A stretch of DNA of 64,000 nucleotides, taken from positions 1-64,000 of the forward strand of contig JAAILG010000176.1 of NCBI GenBank assembly GCA_012026655.1, read 5' to 3'. The translations under genes were made by a program, and so were the position numbers. Below are positions 39,993 to 53,414 of the stretch, piece after piece (within the stretch, counting starts at the first letter, position 1; every line of letters starts with the position of its first letter). The notes under the pieces are model-generated. The model did no database searches. It saw only the letters and a program-made list of their open reading frames with translations, and was not told the DNA's origin. Source of the DNA: Hydrolagus affinis (Eukaryota).

Positions 39993-42900
39993 CACTATTA
40001 ATTATATCTGAAAGATTTGTTTTCTCTCAAGTAACACTGCCGAACCCATTTTCTAGACCTGCGGTCAGAAGGGACAGAAGGAAGCCAAAGGGGCTTTCTT
40101 TAGATTTATTGATCCGGTTGAATTAAGTGAACACAAAGATTGAATGACGGGAAGCCAGGTAGTCGATCCTCTTTGAGGTCATTGGGTTTTTGACCTCCAG
40201 TAATAAAGAGACACCGGCAGACAGAACAAATGAGAAAAGAGAAATCCATTTACAAGTGACCTCCAATTGAGATTGCACATGGACAGGGATTGAGTTTGGG
40301 CTGTCAGGCTCTGCGTTTCATTTTCCTTTCCATTGACTGCAATCACATAATCCCATTTCCTTCTCCGAAGAATTGTGAAAGCAGAAAACTCAGGTATAGG
40401 ATTATTATTTCATCAGTAATTTTTTTTTAAAAAATGACCCTAGTAAGATCCGGAGAGAAAATAAAATAACTGGCCTGGTTATATCACTCCACTGCAGTTC
40501 TGACCTAAATCTCTTACCTGCAGGAGATTGTTGCTTTGAGGACTGTGAGAGTCTTAACATTGGTAGAGAAATAATACTCTCCGCATTTAAGGACTACTGC
40601 GAAGAAAATGAAGAGTGCTGTGGTTTCTACAGTGAGAAGATTTTATGGCGCTAACGCCAAAGTGATAGTTACTGTGATGTGTACACAGATGATTCATGCT
40701 GGGACCAGTGGTTTGTGGAAAATGAACCACTAGCAAATTCTGCTTAGATGGATGATTTATAGCTTGAATCCAGAGCAGATGCGACATGTTTGATTTTCTA
40801 AAAATCGACTGTTTTCCTTAAGCAAAGTGCATTTGCTACTTACTGGCAGTCTTATTAATGCAGCTTCCGAAAGAGCGTGAGGAATATTCCACGAGCCACA
40901 GTGGGAAATAAAAATTGGAAAGTTGGTCAATCAGTATCTGAAAAATGGGTAAATATTTCAGGCACAACTGTTCATCTGAACTGGCACAATCAGATTGAAA
41001 GGCTACTTTAATATGACTGGAGAGGAGAAGAAAACCGACGGGAGGAAGAATGATAGGCGAGGAATTCAATTCTACAATTGATTGAAAATCGTTTTTTTCA
41101 AATTGACAAAATACCGTCACAATTATTTTCTTCTGGCGTGAAATTCGTGAAACAAAACTGGAGATGTTCTCTCATATCCCTCAAAATTCAAAAGTTCTTG
41201 AATCTTTTGTTCAAAGTCAAAACATTCCTGTGGTTCAGAGAGGCAGCATAATGTTGTGATGAACCTCTGTGTACTTGATATTTTGCTTTTTGTTGTATCA
41301 CAATTGTTATATGGTAATGTATCATGTGCACTGTTACTGCTGTGTCCAATTGTATAGTTTAAATCTGCTGATAAAAATGCACTTAGCTGTGAGTGAACAG
41401 GTCCCTTTGTGCAAGGAAACAATTCCACAGTTTGAGTCCCTTTATTATTTCAGACCTCCATTTCCACTGTCAAATGCTCTCAAAGCCTTCGTTAACGCTA
41501 TAATTGTGAAGCCTAAATGGAGAAATTATTAAAGAGGCAAATATAGTTTTTTATGCCATTTGGAATTGGAATTGGGATAGTTTTGTAGAATTAGCGCCTT
41601 GTTTGTTGCTTTTATTTTATTATATGCCTCACATTTGTACTAGTGCAGTGATAAACCTTATCTTTGGAATGAAAGTGTGTGTATTTATGACGAATGTTCA
41701 ATGGTGAATAATAGTTCGCCCCTCAATCAGTCCATATCAATTATTGTGGTTTCAATACACTTGCCATTTTTGGGGTGGTTCAGTTAACAGTTCTTAAAAT
41801 GTGATTTGTTGCTGGGAACTCTAAATTTACTGCAAATGATGGATGACGTGTCTGAAACCCTCTCCTGAAATGAAGTCCAGCCTGTATAACAATTTATTGC
41901 ATTACTTAAAAGGGACTTTTATTCCAATGGCCACATGATTTGCTTGAAGGAACTGGAAAATATGACGCATCTTTCCTGCAGTACCAGCTTAACTTGTGCT
42001 TTATATGAGTCAGAGCACAGATAGCGCAAGGCTTTAATATGTCTCGCTTTGTACAGTTGAAGTCAGTTTAGCATACATAAAATTCTGCATGTCTAGTTCT
42101 AATCAGAGCATCCAATTCGACTAGTTCTATGATTGGTATTAATAGAGAAGACGACCTTTACCTCTTAGGACACAGTTAACGTTTCATTCTTAAATGCCAT
42201 CGCAAACTGAATTAAATCTGTGATCAGAACTATGTTGAAAGCATCCGAATGGTTTGTAGCAGTGCTTGATTTTAGGAAAAATAACAAAGAGCAAACAGCC
42301 GTTTCACAAATTCTTGGACAGAACCACCATTTTCACTTTAACTGCGATTTAACTGGCTCGAGACTGAAGTAGACCTAGCTGAGACTCAGCTAAGACAGCT
42401 GCCCAGTTCTGATGTTGTTTTTGGCTGCGGGTGTAGCCCTGTAATAGGTGGATATTTTTATTCCGATTTAACAGAATAGTGGAGGGAAAAATTTCTATTT
42501 TTCAACCGCAAAAGTAAAATGCTAGGGAGGGGCCTGTTGGTTCTCAGGAATATTGGCAAAAGGTTTCAGTGTCTTTCAATATTTCTCCCCTTTCGTCAGC
42601 AACATATCAGCTGTGCAAGAATTCCACTTGAGATGGTTCAACCCAGCTGACCTTTTCTGTGATTGAGAAGTTAATATCTTAGTCAATAGTTTGCACATAT
42701 TTAGATTGATGTGCGTAATTTTCAACTCATGATAAAATAATCAATTCTCGCCAACAAGGTGATTTGATGTAAGTTGCTGAATTTCACTTGACAGCCAATG
42801 ATTTGATCAAAGGCGGTGAAGTCATCATTTAGGGAGAAATTCCACTGGGATCCAGTTTGACACTATTTTCAAAGCACACCCAATTAGGCAGAATTTGTAA

Positions 42901-43110
42901 TTCAGTCTTAATCTTGAACCCATTTTTCACTAACACTTTGAAGAAAACAGTTAATGTTAAGCCTGATTGCAACAAAATGCCAAATACTGGATTCTCTGAA
43001 ATGTTGAAATAAGAAGGTTGAGTAAATCTAGGCCCTGATGGAATTTCTCCCTCAATGTGCCTTAGATTGCAGATCTTCAATATTGGGCTGTTGCTCCAAA
43101 TCAAGTCCTA

Positions 43111-43423
43111 GAGTCCTGTAGCTCAGTGGTTAGAGCACTTGCCTTGCAAGTGAGAGACCTGAGTTCAATTCCAGGTAAAATTCCAGGCAGGGCGAACTGT
43201 GGGCAAGTTTCCTTACTCCGCATGTCTGATAATAATCCTTTTTAAAAAAAATTATTTGTTGTTTCAATCCACGACTGTTTGTGGGACACGCTGTGTGCAA
43301 TTGGCTTCCGCAATTCGCCCACAAATATATAGTCAATTCACTTTACAGTACATTCAAGCGCTTTGAGACATCGAGAAGACTTGAAAATGCGCTATATCAA
43401 ATGCAAGGATTATTGTTATTATT
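43111..43423 (+). mobile_element. Full-length tRNA-derived SINE
   Basis: tagctcagtggttagagc, gagttcaattcc, small duplication aattccagg twice, (att)n tail. Confidence 0.88.
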
Positions 43424-43482
43424 TCATAGAAGGCTCACGCTTTTCAATAAATGAAGAATTGAGTTTGAATTTCATTCTGAAG

Positions 43483-43955
43483 CAAAAACAGAAGTCGCTG
43501 GGAACACTCAGCAGGTTAGGCTGCATTTATTGGAGAAAGGAAAGTGAGTCAATGTTTCAGGTCCTTCATCAGAACTGGAGCATGTTCAGAGGGAGAGATT
43601 TTAAGGACTATCAAAGAGGGAGAAGGCAGGGCAAGGAAGACAGAGGAGAAAATGGGATAGAGGAGAGAGAGTGATGGGTTAAAGAGCTGTTAATGGTGCA
43701 ACAAAAGGGGGGATTGCGACAAAACGATGGAAAAGAGGTGTTAATAATGCAAAGCAAAGTGGTGTGGTGGGTGGGGTGGTGGGGTGGTGGGTGGGGTGGT
43801 GGTGTGGGGGGGAATGCAACAGAACAGACAGACCAGAGAGAGGAAAGGTGTGTCTGGGATCTAGAATTGAATTCTTAAATTTCATACTTTTCATTTCATG
43901 AGGAGAGATGTATCTTGCGTTCCAGCAAAGTTGCTTACTCTCTGACTCTAGATTC
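43483..43955. mobile_element. Penelope-like chondrichthyan repeat remnant
   Basis: aaacagaagtcgctgggaacactcagcaggttaggctgcat...aatgtttcaggtccttcatcagaactgg resembles a common shark Penelope-type terminal repeat (from memory); contains a G-rich tract. Confidence 0.55.
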
Positions 43956-45419
43956 ACTTTGTTCCCTTTTCTATTTTTGCTTTATAATAGATTAATTTTC
44001 TCAGAAAAGGCCCTATCCAATTTCTGCAGTTTGGCTACGGTTCTCCATATTAAAATTCACGGGTGCACGTCCATTTCTCTTCCAACAAATTCCTCATATT
44101 TATTATTGTGGCAAAATGAGGAATTGAATTTGAAATGAGCTTTTTATTTCCTTGCCTTTCTGCTGCTGACTACGAAACGTGCAGAAATCAACTATGTGAT
44201 GGGCACACAAAGCGATAGTTGCCGTGTCACTTCAAGTCTGGATCACAGCTTGTTCTGGAGAAGAAAAATATAGATCAGAGGCAAGAGTCTGTTTACTTTT
44301 TAACATGAAACTGTAAAATTCCAATTCAAATGATTATCCAAATTCTTTGTGCTGTGAGAGAGTGAATGGGAACCTGGACGTCCATTACAGATCTATCGGA
44401 TTCCTCATTAAGATAGCTTTGGAGTCTTACTCTTCTGAACTAAACTGTCACCCACATAATCTGAGCTATGAAAGTAATGCTAGTATTGATATGTTTTTAC
44501 ATTCATTTGTATTAAAAAAAAAGTTTCTCTGTTTGAAAACTGCTGCTTATACACACAGAGAGCAGCCCTTTGGATCTGACGCGAAAACATTTTGGCTGTT
44601 ATATAGACGTGTAAAGAGACAGCATTTTGTTAAACTGTTTTATCTAACTGTAATGATTTGAAGGATGAAGCATCATTGAGCATGTGTCTTACCTAGCAAT
44701 ATCTGCATTTTATACCCATAAAAGATGGATTTGCTACAAAAGAACTGTATCACATTTAATTCATAACAAATGAGATGAGATTTTCTTCTTCTCATTTTCC
44801 AAGATTATTGACCTTCCTGACATTTCAGAAGTTCATGGTAATTGTAATTTTATTCAGTAACTAGAAGTTTCTATTTTGGAGTGTATGTCCTCATTAGGGT
44901 GAAGGATGACAGGGCTGGAAAATGAAATGGTTTTTCATTTTTCACCCAAAATAAACTATGTGGAGGATGGATTTCTTCAAGGTCTGTAATACAGGCTGGC
45001 CAAGACACCCTTTATATTCCCATCAACATATTCTAAACCGCGACCCGAGAATACACCGATATAATATAGTGCCATTATGATATACTTTTTTTTATTGTGA
45101 GAGATGCATGGACTGTGGAGATCCAATATGGCAACAAAAAACACACACTTCATGCAAAGAACAAAGGGAAATAAACTATGAGACAGAAAGCAGGTATTTA
45201 TTTACACAGAGAACAACTTCCACTTGGAAAGTGCCATCCAAGCAGGGTAATGTCTTAGAGTGCTTTAAAAGTGGTTGAACCTTTATGCTGTAAAAGCCAA
45301 GCCGTTGAGGGGGAGAAGATGACTGTTCGAAAAGAACGGTTTTCAGGCAGGACTTGATAAAAGTGGGGAGAGGGGCGAGGCAGAGGAATTGAAGAACAGT
45401 TCACTGGGATGGTGGTTTA

Positions 45420-45555
45420 GATAATAATAACAATACTATAATAATAATCGTTGCATTTGATATAGCGCTTTTCACGTCTTTTTTTATAGACTCTCAAAGC
45501 GCTTCACAGAATATACTGTAAAGTGAATTGACTGTATATATGTGGGTGAAATGAG
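45420..45555 (-). mobile_element. SINE 3' fragment
   Basis: (aat)n ttgcatttgatatagcgcttttcacgtc...gaattgactgtatatatgtgggtgaaatg. Confidence 0.8.
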
Positions 45556-46685
45556 GACGTTTGACTCATTTTAAAAAAAAAAAGAATGAAAAGAATGCAT
45601 GAAATTTTAATGGGAAGGCATCGGGATTGTTTTGAGTGTAGCCAGCTTCAAGGCCTGTACCAAGAGTGCTCTGTGATCAGCTCTCAGGACCAAGGCTGTT
45701 TCGCCCACAGTTTTCCATTTTCCCTGGTGGAATCCATTTCACAATAGACCCTTTTAGCCAGTGGAGAGAGGGATTTTCATTCCATCAATCTAGGCTTGAA
45801 TTGCCTGAGGACTGGCAGGCCAGCTCTCGCTCTCCATCCCACCAAACCATCAAGTCCTTTCAGTTTTCTTTATTACCCCTCAATTCTTTTTAAAATGCAC
45901 TATTTTATTGTTACAGATTTACAACCCATTTCTAAGTGGTTTTTCACGACTTGCTGTTTGAACGTTTCACTTTGCAGAAAATCACAAGGTTTTCATAATA
46001 CAGTACCATAGAATTGAAACCTGAGAAAGTAGGATTTTGAAAAGCTGCCTAGCTTCACCTTGTCACTTACATTCAGGTTTAAGACTCACTCATAAATAAG
46101 AGTTTGCGCAACATAGTTTCAGAGCTGCACTGTGCTGGTTGAATTGGAAGTGAAGATTACTATTGCACTTAAGTAACTTTCTTGCAGTGTTAATGCGGAC
46201 ATTGTTAGTGAATCGATTGGGTTATTTTTTAGGGCTGGAGTTATTTTCATAGCAGAAAAAAATGTCAGACAGGGTGATTTTTCTAGTTACCTGTACATTC
46301 TCCACATTAACCTTGATAGAGGCTGGCGCTTGCATTCACATAGCTCAGCCTCTTACCTGTATGCGGTTACCATATTTGCAGTTTCTCTCAAAGGAGAATT
46401 CCTTTCAAGGAAAATTCACACAGTTCTCGTGGATATGTGCTTTCCACGCTCACAGGTAAGTAAGAGTATTTTCACATCCGAGTTTAGACATGAGAAAAGT
46501 TGGGAGGCATGAAAACATTTAGTCAAATTTCGATAGCCCTGTCTTCTCCCAACATTTTATTGTGAACCCGCTAAATTTACCATGACTGTTCTGTGACTTT
46601 TTACTTTAAAAAAAATGCTGTACTACATCTACAGCCCTAGTTATTGTATATTCCTCCCAATATTATTGTCAAACAGTTTCTCCAC

Positions 46686-47116
46686 AATAATACTCATCCT
46701 TGCATTTGATATATTGCATTTCGCCTACAAATATACAGTCAATTCACTTTACAGTATATTCTGTGAAGCGCTTTGAGACATCAATAAAATGTGAAAAGCA
46801 CTATATCAAATGCAAGAATGATTATTATAGCACTTTTCATGTCTTCTACACGTCTCAAAGCGCTTCACAGAATGTACTGTAAAGTGAATTGACTATATAT
46901 TTGTGGGCGAAGCGCGGCAGCCAAATGCGCACAGCAGTGTCCCACAACAGTCATGGATTGAAATGACCAATTTTATTGTAGGTGTTTTGGGGGGATGGAT
47001 TATTATTAGGCGTGTGGAATAAAGAAACTTGCCCAAGGTTTCGCCCTGACCTACCTGGATTTGAAACGCAGGTCTCACGCTTGTAAGACTGCCGCTCTAA
47101 CCACTGAGCTACAGGA
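46686..47116 (-). mobile_element. Full-length SINE with an opposite-strand SINE 3' fragment inside its tail
   Basis: Reverse tail start 46686-46713, + fragment 46715-46825, reverse SINE resumes 46826-47116. Confidence 0.85.
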
Positions 47117-48872
47117 TTTCAGTCCCCAGCACATTTTATTTCAGGACAAACTTTTTTTGTCCTGAAAAACCTGTCCAGGTTATTAAAGCACAATGAATTA
47201 TTGGTGATCAGGTTTGTTAATAATATAATAATAATATAATTTGCATCCATCGCAGATACTAATCCCTGTTGGTAATTTTGTCATTATTGTGCTAATTGAA
47301 ATGTAGATTTCTTGTTGGTTCCTGTACGCTTGCTCCTGCTGTGAAACAGCCAGCATGTTCCTTGTTACAATAGTTTGTTAACATCTGCTACCCTTTCATT
47401 AGTGTAATGACATAAGCATCTCTTTGTTCAGCTGCTTTTAAAGGAATATTCAAGGCTGTTAGTGTTTGTCTGTGAGGTTAAAAGTCTTTCATTTGGATTT
47501 TATTGAAGAAAAATGACATTTTTCCCCTTCCATTCTCAGAATGTTGATCCTAAATCCTGATAGGAGTGATCAATGGTGTCAGTGGTGGAAAAACTGCCCT
47601 CCTTCCACATTTTTAATTAACTGTGATTTATTTTTTACCCAGTGAAATCTCTCACTTTAATCTAGGAGTGAGCTATTTAGACCCTAATTTTCGCCCAGTT
47701 TTAAGGAATGGTCATGTTTGACAAGCTTTGAACATCCAATCTGTGGTCATCTGCAAGCCCTTAATGCTGGAGGATGAATTTCAAAGACGTTTTGACTATG
47801 TCGATGCCTATTTTTTGTTCTTCGAGTGACTCTTGAGTTCGTATAACCGTAGTCTCGGGCTTGCCAGTGTAAATTGGATCTAAGCTTTGTTCGGGTCCTG
47901 GAGCTTTGCGGCAATAAGAATCATCCACATTTCCTCTGACCAACAAAATAATAGCTAGCTCTTTCTGTTTTTCCACCACGAGTTACAATGTTATATCTGA
48001 TCAAAGCTTAAAATTTGTGAGTTTTAGCAACTTGCCAGCTGTGTTCAGGTAATCAAGTTTGATTCTGCCCCCTTTAAATGTACAGTAACTAAATCTTAAA
48101 TCCTGTATTGGCAGCTCGGGAACTGATTCTTCATGCTTTTAGTATTTTTTAAAAAACAACATTTTGATAATTCACAATTTTTCAGCGTGGGAGAAAGTTT
48201 GATCCTTGCTGGTGATATTGGTTACTGCTGCCTCCACTTTTATTGCAGAGGAGGCGTCACGAATTGAAGCAAGGGGATTGGGTCAACCCAGGAGTCTTGA
48301 CTCCATCCAGTAGCTTAATATTTGTTATGCATTTGTAGAGAAGAGAGAGTGAATTCAATGGAGGTGAGGCGAGGTGTGGGAGGGATGGGGGGGAAGGAGG
48401 ATTCAACGATAAAGAGCTAAAGCCCTACCACAAGAATTCAGCTGGTACTAAGGCAAAAAGGCATTGGAATCAGAAATGGGAGCTGGGAGGTTGAATGTCG
48501 CAGGGAGTTTTTATTTTAAAGGCCATTAGCTCTTTGGAATAGTTTTTGACAGATAGACCACTAAGGCGTTCCTGTCATTACAGCATAAATCATAAGCTAA
48601 TGGAGATGCCTTGTTTGTAGAATCCTCTGCACATACATTTGGCTTGAAAGCCAAAGCGAATGCCATGCGGACGGAATTTTGTGACGCTGTGTTTGCGGTC
48701 ATGATAAATGCATTGTTTCTATGCTGCTACTTGGTAGTGGGAGGTGGGGGGGTGGGGGTGGTGGTGGTGCGGGAGGAGGGGCTGGGGTGTGGGGGGGCGT
48801 GGGAAGAGAATCATAAGGAACGTCAGGTTTTGTGGAATGTGAAATTAACGTGGCTCCCTCCCTTTTATGTCT

Positions 48873-48910
48873 TGTGTGTGTGTGTTTTTTCTCTCTCTCT
48901 CTCTCTCTCT
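48873..48910 (+). repeat. (TG)6 T6 (CT)10 compound microsatellite forming the polypyrimidine tract
   Basis: Read directly; ends 9 nt before the exon at 48920. Confidence 0.9.
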
Positions 48911-48919
48911 GCGAGACAG

Positions 48920-49060
48920 ATGTTGATGAATGTGCCGAAGGCATCATCCAGTGCCACAGTCACGCCCGCTGTGTCAATTTACCAGGGTGGTATCACTGTG
49001 AGTGCAGGGCTGGTTACCACGACAACGGTAACTACTCATTCACCGGAGAGACCTGCATTG
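48920..49060 (+). CDS. NELL1: NELL1 exon, Ca-binding EGF: (D)VDECAEGIIQCHSHARCVNLPGWYHCECRAGYHDNGNYSFTGETCI
   Basis: Acceptor (CT)10gcgagacag, donor G|gtaagc, 141 nt, phase 1-1; lies within ORF 48832..49107. Confidence 0.95.
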
Positions 49061-50194
49061 GTAAGCAATTAAGCGACAACAAAAAAAATAGCTGTCATTG
49101 GCATTAAGTTATTTTGCTCTATTAACTGCTATTGCCTTCCAGCACACCCAGCTCTGTGCTTGGCGGCTCCCTCTGTGTGTGCGTGTGCGTGCGCGTGCGT
49201 GCGTGCGTTTGACTCGGTGCAAAGGAACCAGAGAAAAGCAAAAAAAAAACAGCACAAAAACAAAGTCGAGCACTGCTTCCTGCAGGAGAAAATAATGAAA
49301 CTCGGAGGGATTTTTAAAGGAGCTTCAAAGTAATTTTACACATGGCCTGATTGCCAAGGGATTTGTTTTCAGTCTCTTCGTTCCACAAGATTTAAAATGG
49401 TATGAGGTCAGCGGTTGATTTCCAGGTGGATGGAAAGCCATGGAGAACCATCTCTTGGAAACTGATGTTTGGATCTCAAGAGTACCAACACCCTCGAGTG
49501 ATGCAAATAATATGGGTGCTTGGGCTAGAACATGCCTGGTGGACAATTGAAGCCCCCAAAAAGCTCGACATTGGAAGACCTTCCTACAGCAAATAGGCAT
49601 TTGCCTCCTTAATACTTTTTGCTGAGTTATTTTTAGAACAAATGTCACACCCTGCCCACCTCCTTTCCTGACCAAGCTGTTATTTTTAAAGCCAGAAATC
49701 TTACTTTTTTTTCACCCCACCCCCAGTTTGAAGCCCATGCTCTCAGCACACAGAATCTGGACTTCAATGATTCACAGAATTTCCTGTGAAGTGGAACAAC
49801 TGTGTATTCTGCTCACAAATGACACTGGATTATTGTCAGTGGGCAAAATAAAGGTCTCCCAAGGCACAGTTTACTAGATATATAACAGAGATAGCAAACC
49901 TACAGAGATGTAAACCCGAGTGGAAATTCTCTTGTGTGTGCAGATTGTGTCTGTGTCAGGCCACAAAGGTAAAAATTATTGAACTACAATATATGTTTTA
50001 TATAAAAGGCCTTTGAACTGCAGGGACTTGGGTTGCAATCCAATCCAGGCCGAATCTTGATTTGGAACCACATTTTAGTGGAAAAAGGATTTCCCAAATG
50101 ACAGTGATTTTTTTCAAAAAGCATCTTCCTTGACCAGGTTAAAATTTAAAGTTTAAGACAAAATGGTGTCACCAGCTCAGAATTGTGTTGACTG

Positions 50195-50578
50195 GATCAT
50201 TCTTAAAATAATGACGCTTGGTGTATGTAGCCCCTTTCACATTGGGAGGAAGTCGCAGAGCGCTTCACAGAATTTCCTGTGAAGTGGAGTAACTGTGTAT
50301 TTTGTAGGCAACTGTGGCAGCCGACTTTGTGCACAGTCCTGCCTCATTAAATTTGGTGGGATTGTTGGCTATGACACTGGGAGAAATTCCGTTCTCTTTT
50401 CCTAAGGTGCCATGGGATCTTTAACTTCTGCCTGAACAGCCAGAAAGAAGCTCATCCGAAGAAAAGCACCTTGGATAATACTGTATTAGAGAATCAAATT
50501 TTGACTATGTGAGTTCACGTCCTTTTGTAGGATGTGAACCCGCAATCTTTGACTCAGAGAAATGCTACCACTGAGCTA
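50195..50578 (-). mobile_element. Deu-domain SINE, near full length
   Basis: Reverse tail, gtgccatgggatctttaacttctgcctgaacagccag...ctcatccgaagaaaagcacc (reverse Deu-like), reverse head tgaacccgcaatc...ctaccactgagct. Confidence 0.75.
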
Positions 50579-51719
50579 GACTTACACATGGTCTTCTGGA
50601 AGCTGACTGCACTGTGATGAATTGCGAATGGAACCAGGCAGGTCAAAAGGGAACTGTCTCAAAACTAACCAGGCTGTGCATTTGGTTTTCTTATTGTTGC
50701 TGTTGTTTTCTATAATTTAAATGGGGAGGTGAAGGTGTGAGTGCTGCGGTCAAAACACCAGTTCACAATGAGTCAAATTCAACTTGTGTGTGCCTTAATT
50801 GAAGACAAACACCAGTGAATTTTTTTTTCACTTCATTTTAACTTTTTCCGATTGGGTTCAATAATTCACAAGTGGCACTACCCCTGTACAAACCCCATGG
50901 TGCTTGGCACCCCCTTTTTTTTCATTGTTATTTCACCTTGCAGGCACGAATGGAGCCAAACTGCTTTTTGATACGTTTTGCTGATCCCTGTTGTTTGCGG
51001 GCTTTTAACCGAGTTAAAGAAAACAAGGCCGATTTAAATCAAACTTAAAATGTTTTAACATTATGTGCAATGTTTTGCCAGGAGATCTGTTAGAACCATT
51101 TCCATAAGGACAGAGGATTTGGGTGGCCTCCAGCTGAATTGAGACTTTCTTGTTGAAGTCTTAAGGAGCCAGACATTCATTCCCAACTTTAGATGAGTTG
51201 GACTTTGGGCTACGTGCCCTCCTGGAATTGACTTTAACACCACAACCTCTCAGTATGTGTTACCTTCTCAGCTAAGTCTGTAGTTCTGAGCCCCAGTTGG
51301 TTACAGGTTATTTGGGCGCTAACATTATGGAACAGTTTGTGTTCTGCTTCCTCTGATCTTTCACATGACATACTTTATCCGTAATGGCTTTGCCACTAAA
51401 TTCAAAGCTGAAATAATTTTTAGCGTGTTTCAAGTCCATTACAAAGACATAATCCCTAAAGGTTTCTCTAATTCTGGGTAAGCATAATGACTGGTCTCGA
51501 AAATAATCATGAGCACCAACACATGTTGTTTTTGCAGATGCGAACAGCTAAATGGGTGCAACAGTGATATTGGTGAGAGAAATCAGTGACTCATCTCCAA
51601 GTTGTTGTCAGCGCCAACAGTGGTAACTTTTCTGAGCTGGGGGTCTAACTAGTAATTTGTCTTCCACATCGTGGGCTTCATCCACAAATATACAGGCAAT
51701 TAAATATACAGTAAATTCT

Positions 51720-51840
51720 GTGCATCCCCGCCCAAACACTCCCCTCCCAGCTCGGGTCACACTCCCCCTGTGCAGCGCCTTGGGACGTCCTCCCGACGTG
51801 AAAGGCGCTCTATAAATGTAATTTGTTGTTGTTGTTGTTG
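51720..51840 (+). mobile_element. L2 3' terminal fragment (young)
   Basis: Nearly identical to 21461-21559; (ttg)n tail. Confidence 0.8.
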
Positions 51841-53290
51841 GGTGGCTTTGCTCCCGGCAGCAAACCTTTCGGGAAGATTTGCAGTGGTGCACTGGGTGAA
51901 TGCCAGTTGTAGGACATGTAATTTGTTCTGTTTGACAATGCGAGCCTGTAGCTGCATTGAAGGTATTGTCGAAACTCTCAGTTCTGTCGTGTAAGGTGGG
52001 GGTTGGGGGAAGGTGGATCGGGAGCAGGATTTGTTTGGTCACGAAAGGTAATATAGAATGTGCTGTAAAATTCCCTTTGTGTATCTCTCCAACTAATTAA
52101 AAGAACTATTTGTTATGGGAATTGCAGCGTATATAATGTAGTACAAGACAGCCAGCAGCATTTTGTGTCATAAATTGCTGCAAACACGATACCTCCATCT
52201 CCTACCATGAGTCCTGTTTATACAGTAGTAATTTTTTCATACGAGATGATATGAGGGGAATAGTATTCCACTGGGAAATATAACCTTGTGTAAGTCAGTC
52301 TGACTACTTTCCAAGTGACTCAATTGCAGGCATCTATTCCACACCACATCCAGTGGCAATAAAAAGACAGAATTTAAAATAAATTATTTGTTTTGAATGG
52401 ACAATAGAACAGCCGGTCAATTTGCAGCAAAATAATCACCTGGGCAACAAGGCTCAGGCTTTCGTTTGGTTTGGAGAGAAGTAGAAGTTTAAGCAAATGT
52501 GGTTTGGCAAAATAAGAAAGGAAACTTATTTAAAGAAAGCTGGAGTAGGACAGAGGTAGGACATTGGTATGATTTGATGTTGTTTACTTATTGCTTTTTT
52601 TAAGAAAATAGATTTACAAACCATGGAAATGGAATAGACATTCGCCCACAGAACACGCACATTCACTGCACTTAACAGTATAGATACTGTAAAACATGTT
52701 TAAGATGTCCTCCGGATTGCAAAAGGTAGTTATGCCAGGTGTAAGGATTATTATAATTTGCACATTCACAGGAACCATCACTTCAGATGTGATGGACTGT
52801 ACTTTTTGAATTAGTGAATTGTTCCCTCTTTTTCTGAAAACATCACCATCCAATACACTGCCATAATAGTATAGTTTCTACAGTGATGGGGATCCAGAGA
52901 TATTACGCCTCCACAGACTAGGAGGATCTGTGCCATACCATGAATATTTGACTACCTAATGCATAATCATTTGGCAGCACTGTTCTTTACCTGTTCCCTG
53001 GTTTGAGACCTAATGCAAAATTCATGGAGTCTCTCAGGGGATTGGAAGCTTCATAAATCTTGAATTATGCTTAACAATGTTATAGATGTACACTAACCTG
53101 ATCTGTTCCTACTGTTAGAAATAAGCCTACAACAGACAGAATATAAGAAATGTTATCTTTGCTCATTACAAACATCTGTTTTTCATGCAAACTGCATAAC
53201 TGCAATTGCATACAAACATGAATTACTTTCAGTCCAACCCATTAAACCAATTATGTGGAACATTTCAGGCTTCGGGCTGTGTGTGTGTGT

Positions 53291-53414
53291 GCTCGACTAC
53301 ACCAATGCCCTGCTTGCCGGCCTTCCCAATTCCTCCCTCCATAGGCTGCAGATAATCCAGGAATCTGCGGCCCGTGTCCTCTACCACTCCAAATTCCGTG
53401 ACCCCATTCTCACC
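53291..53414 (+). mobile_element. L2 ORF2 fragment
   Basis: LDYTNALLAGLPNSSLHRLQIIQESAARVL matches the L2 motif LDYCNSLLxGLP...LQxxQNxAAR. Confidence 0.85.

Noticed and set aside
43760-43813. G-quadruplex-capable (GGGGT/GGT)n tract; C-rich runs at about 5685 and 58950
   Set aside because: Low-complexity tracts, one inside a repeat remnant, with no evidence of function.
50005-50052. Possible LF-SINE or tRNA-like head (gcctttgaactgcagggacttgggttgcaatcc)
   Set aside because: Too short and degenerate, with no recognisable body following.
49771-50302. Direct repeat ttcacagaatttcctgtgaagtgga at about 49771 and 50263
   Set aside because: Explained as SINE tail sequence or a local copy of it; only two units.
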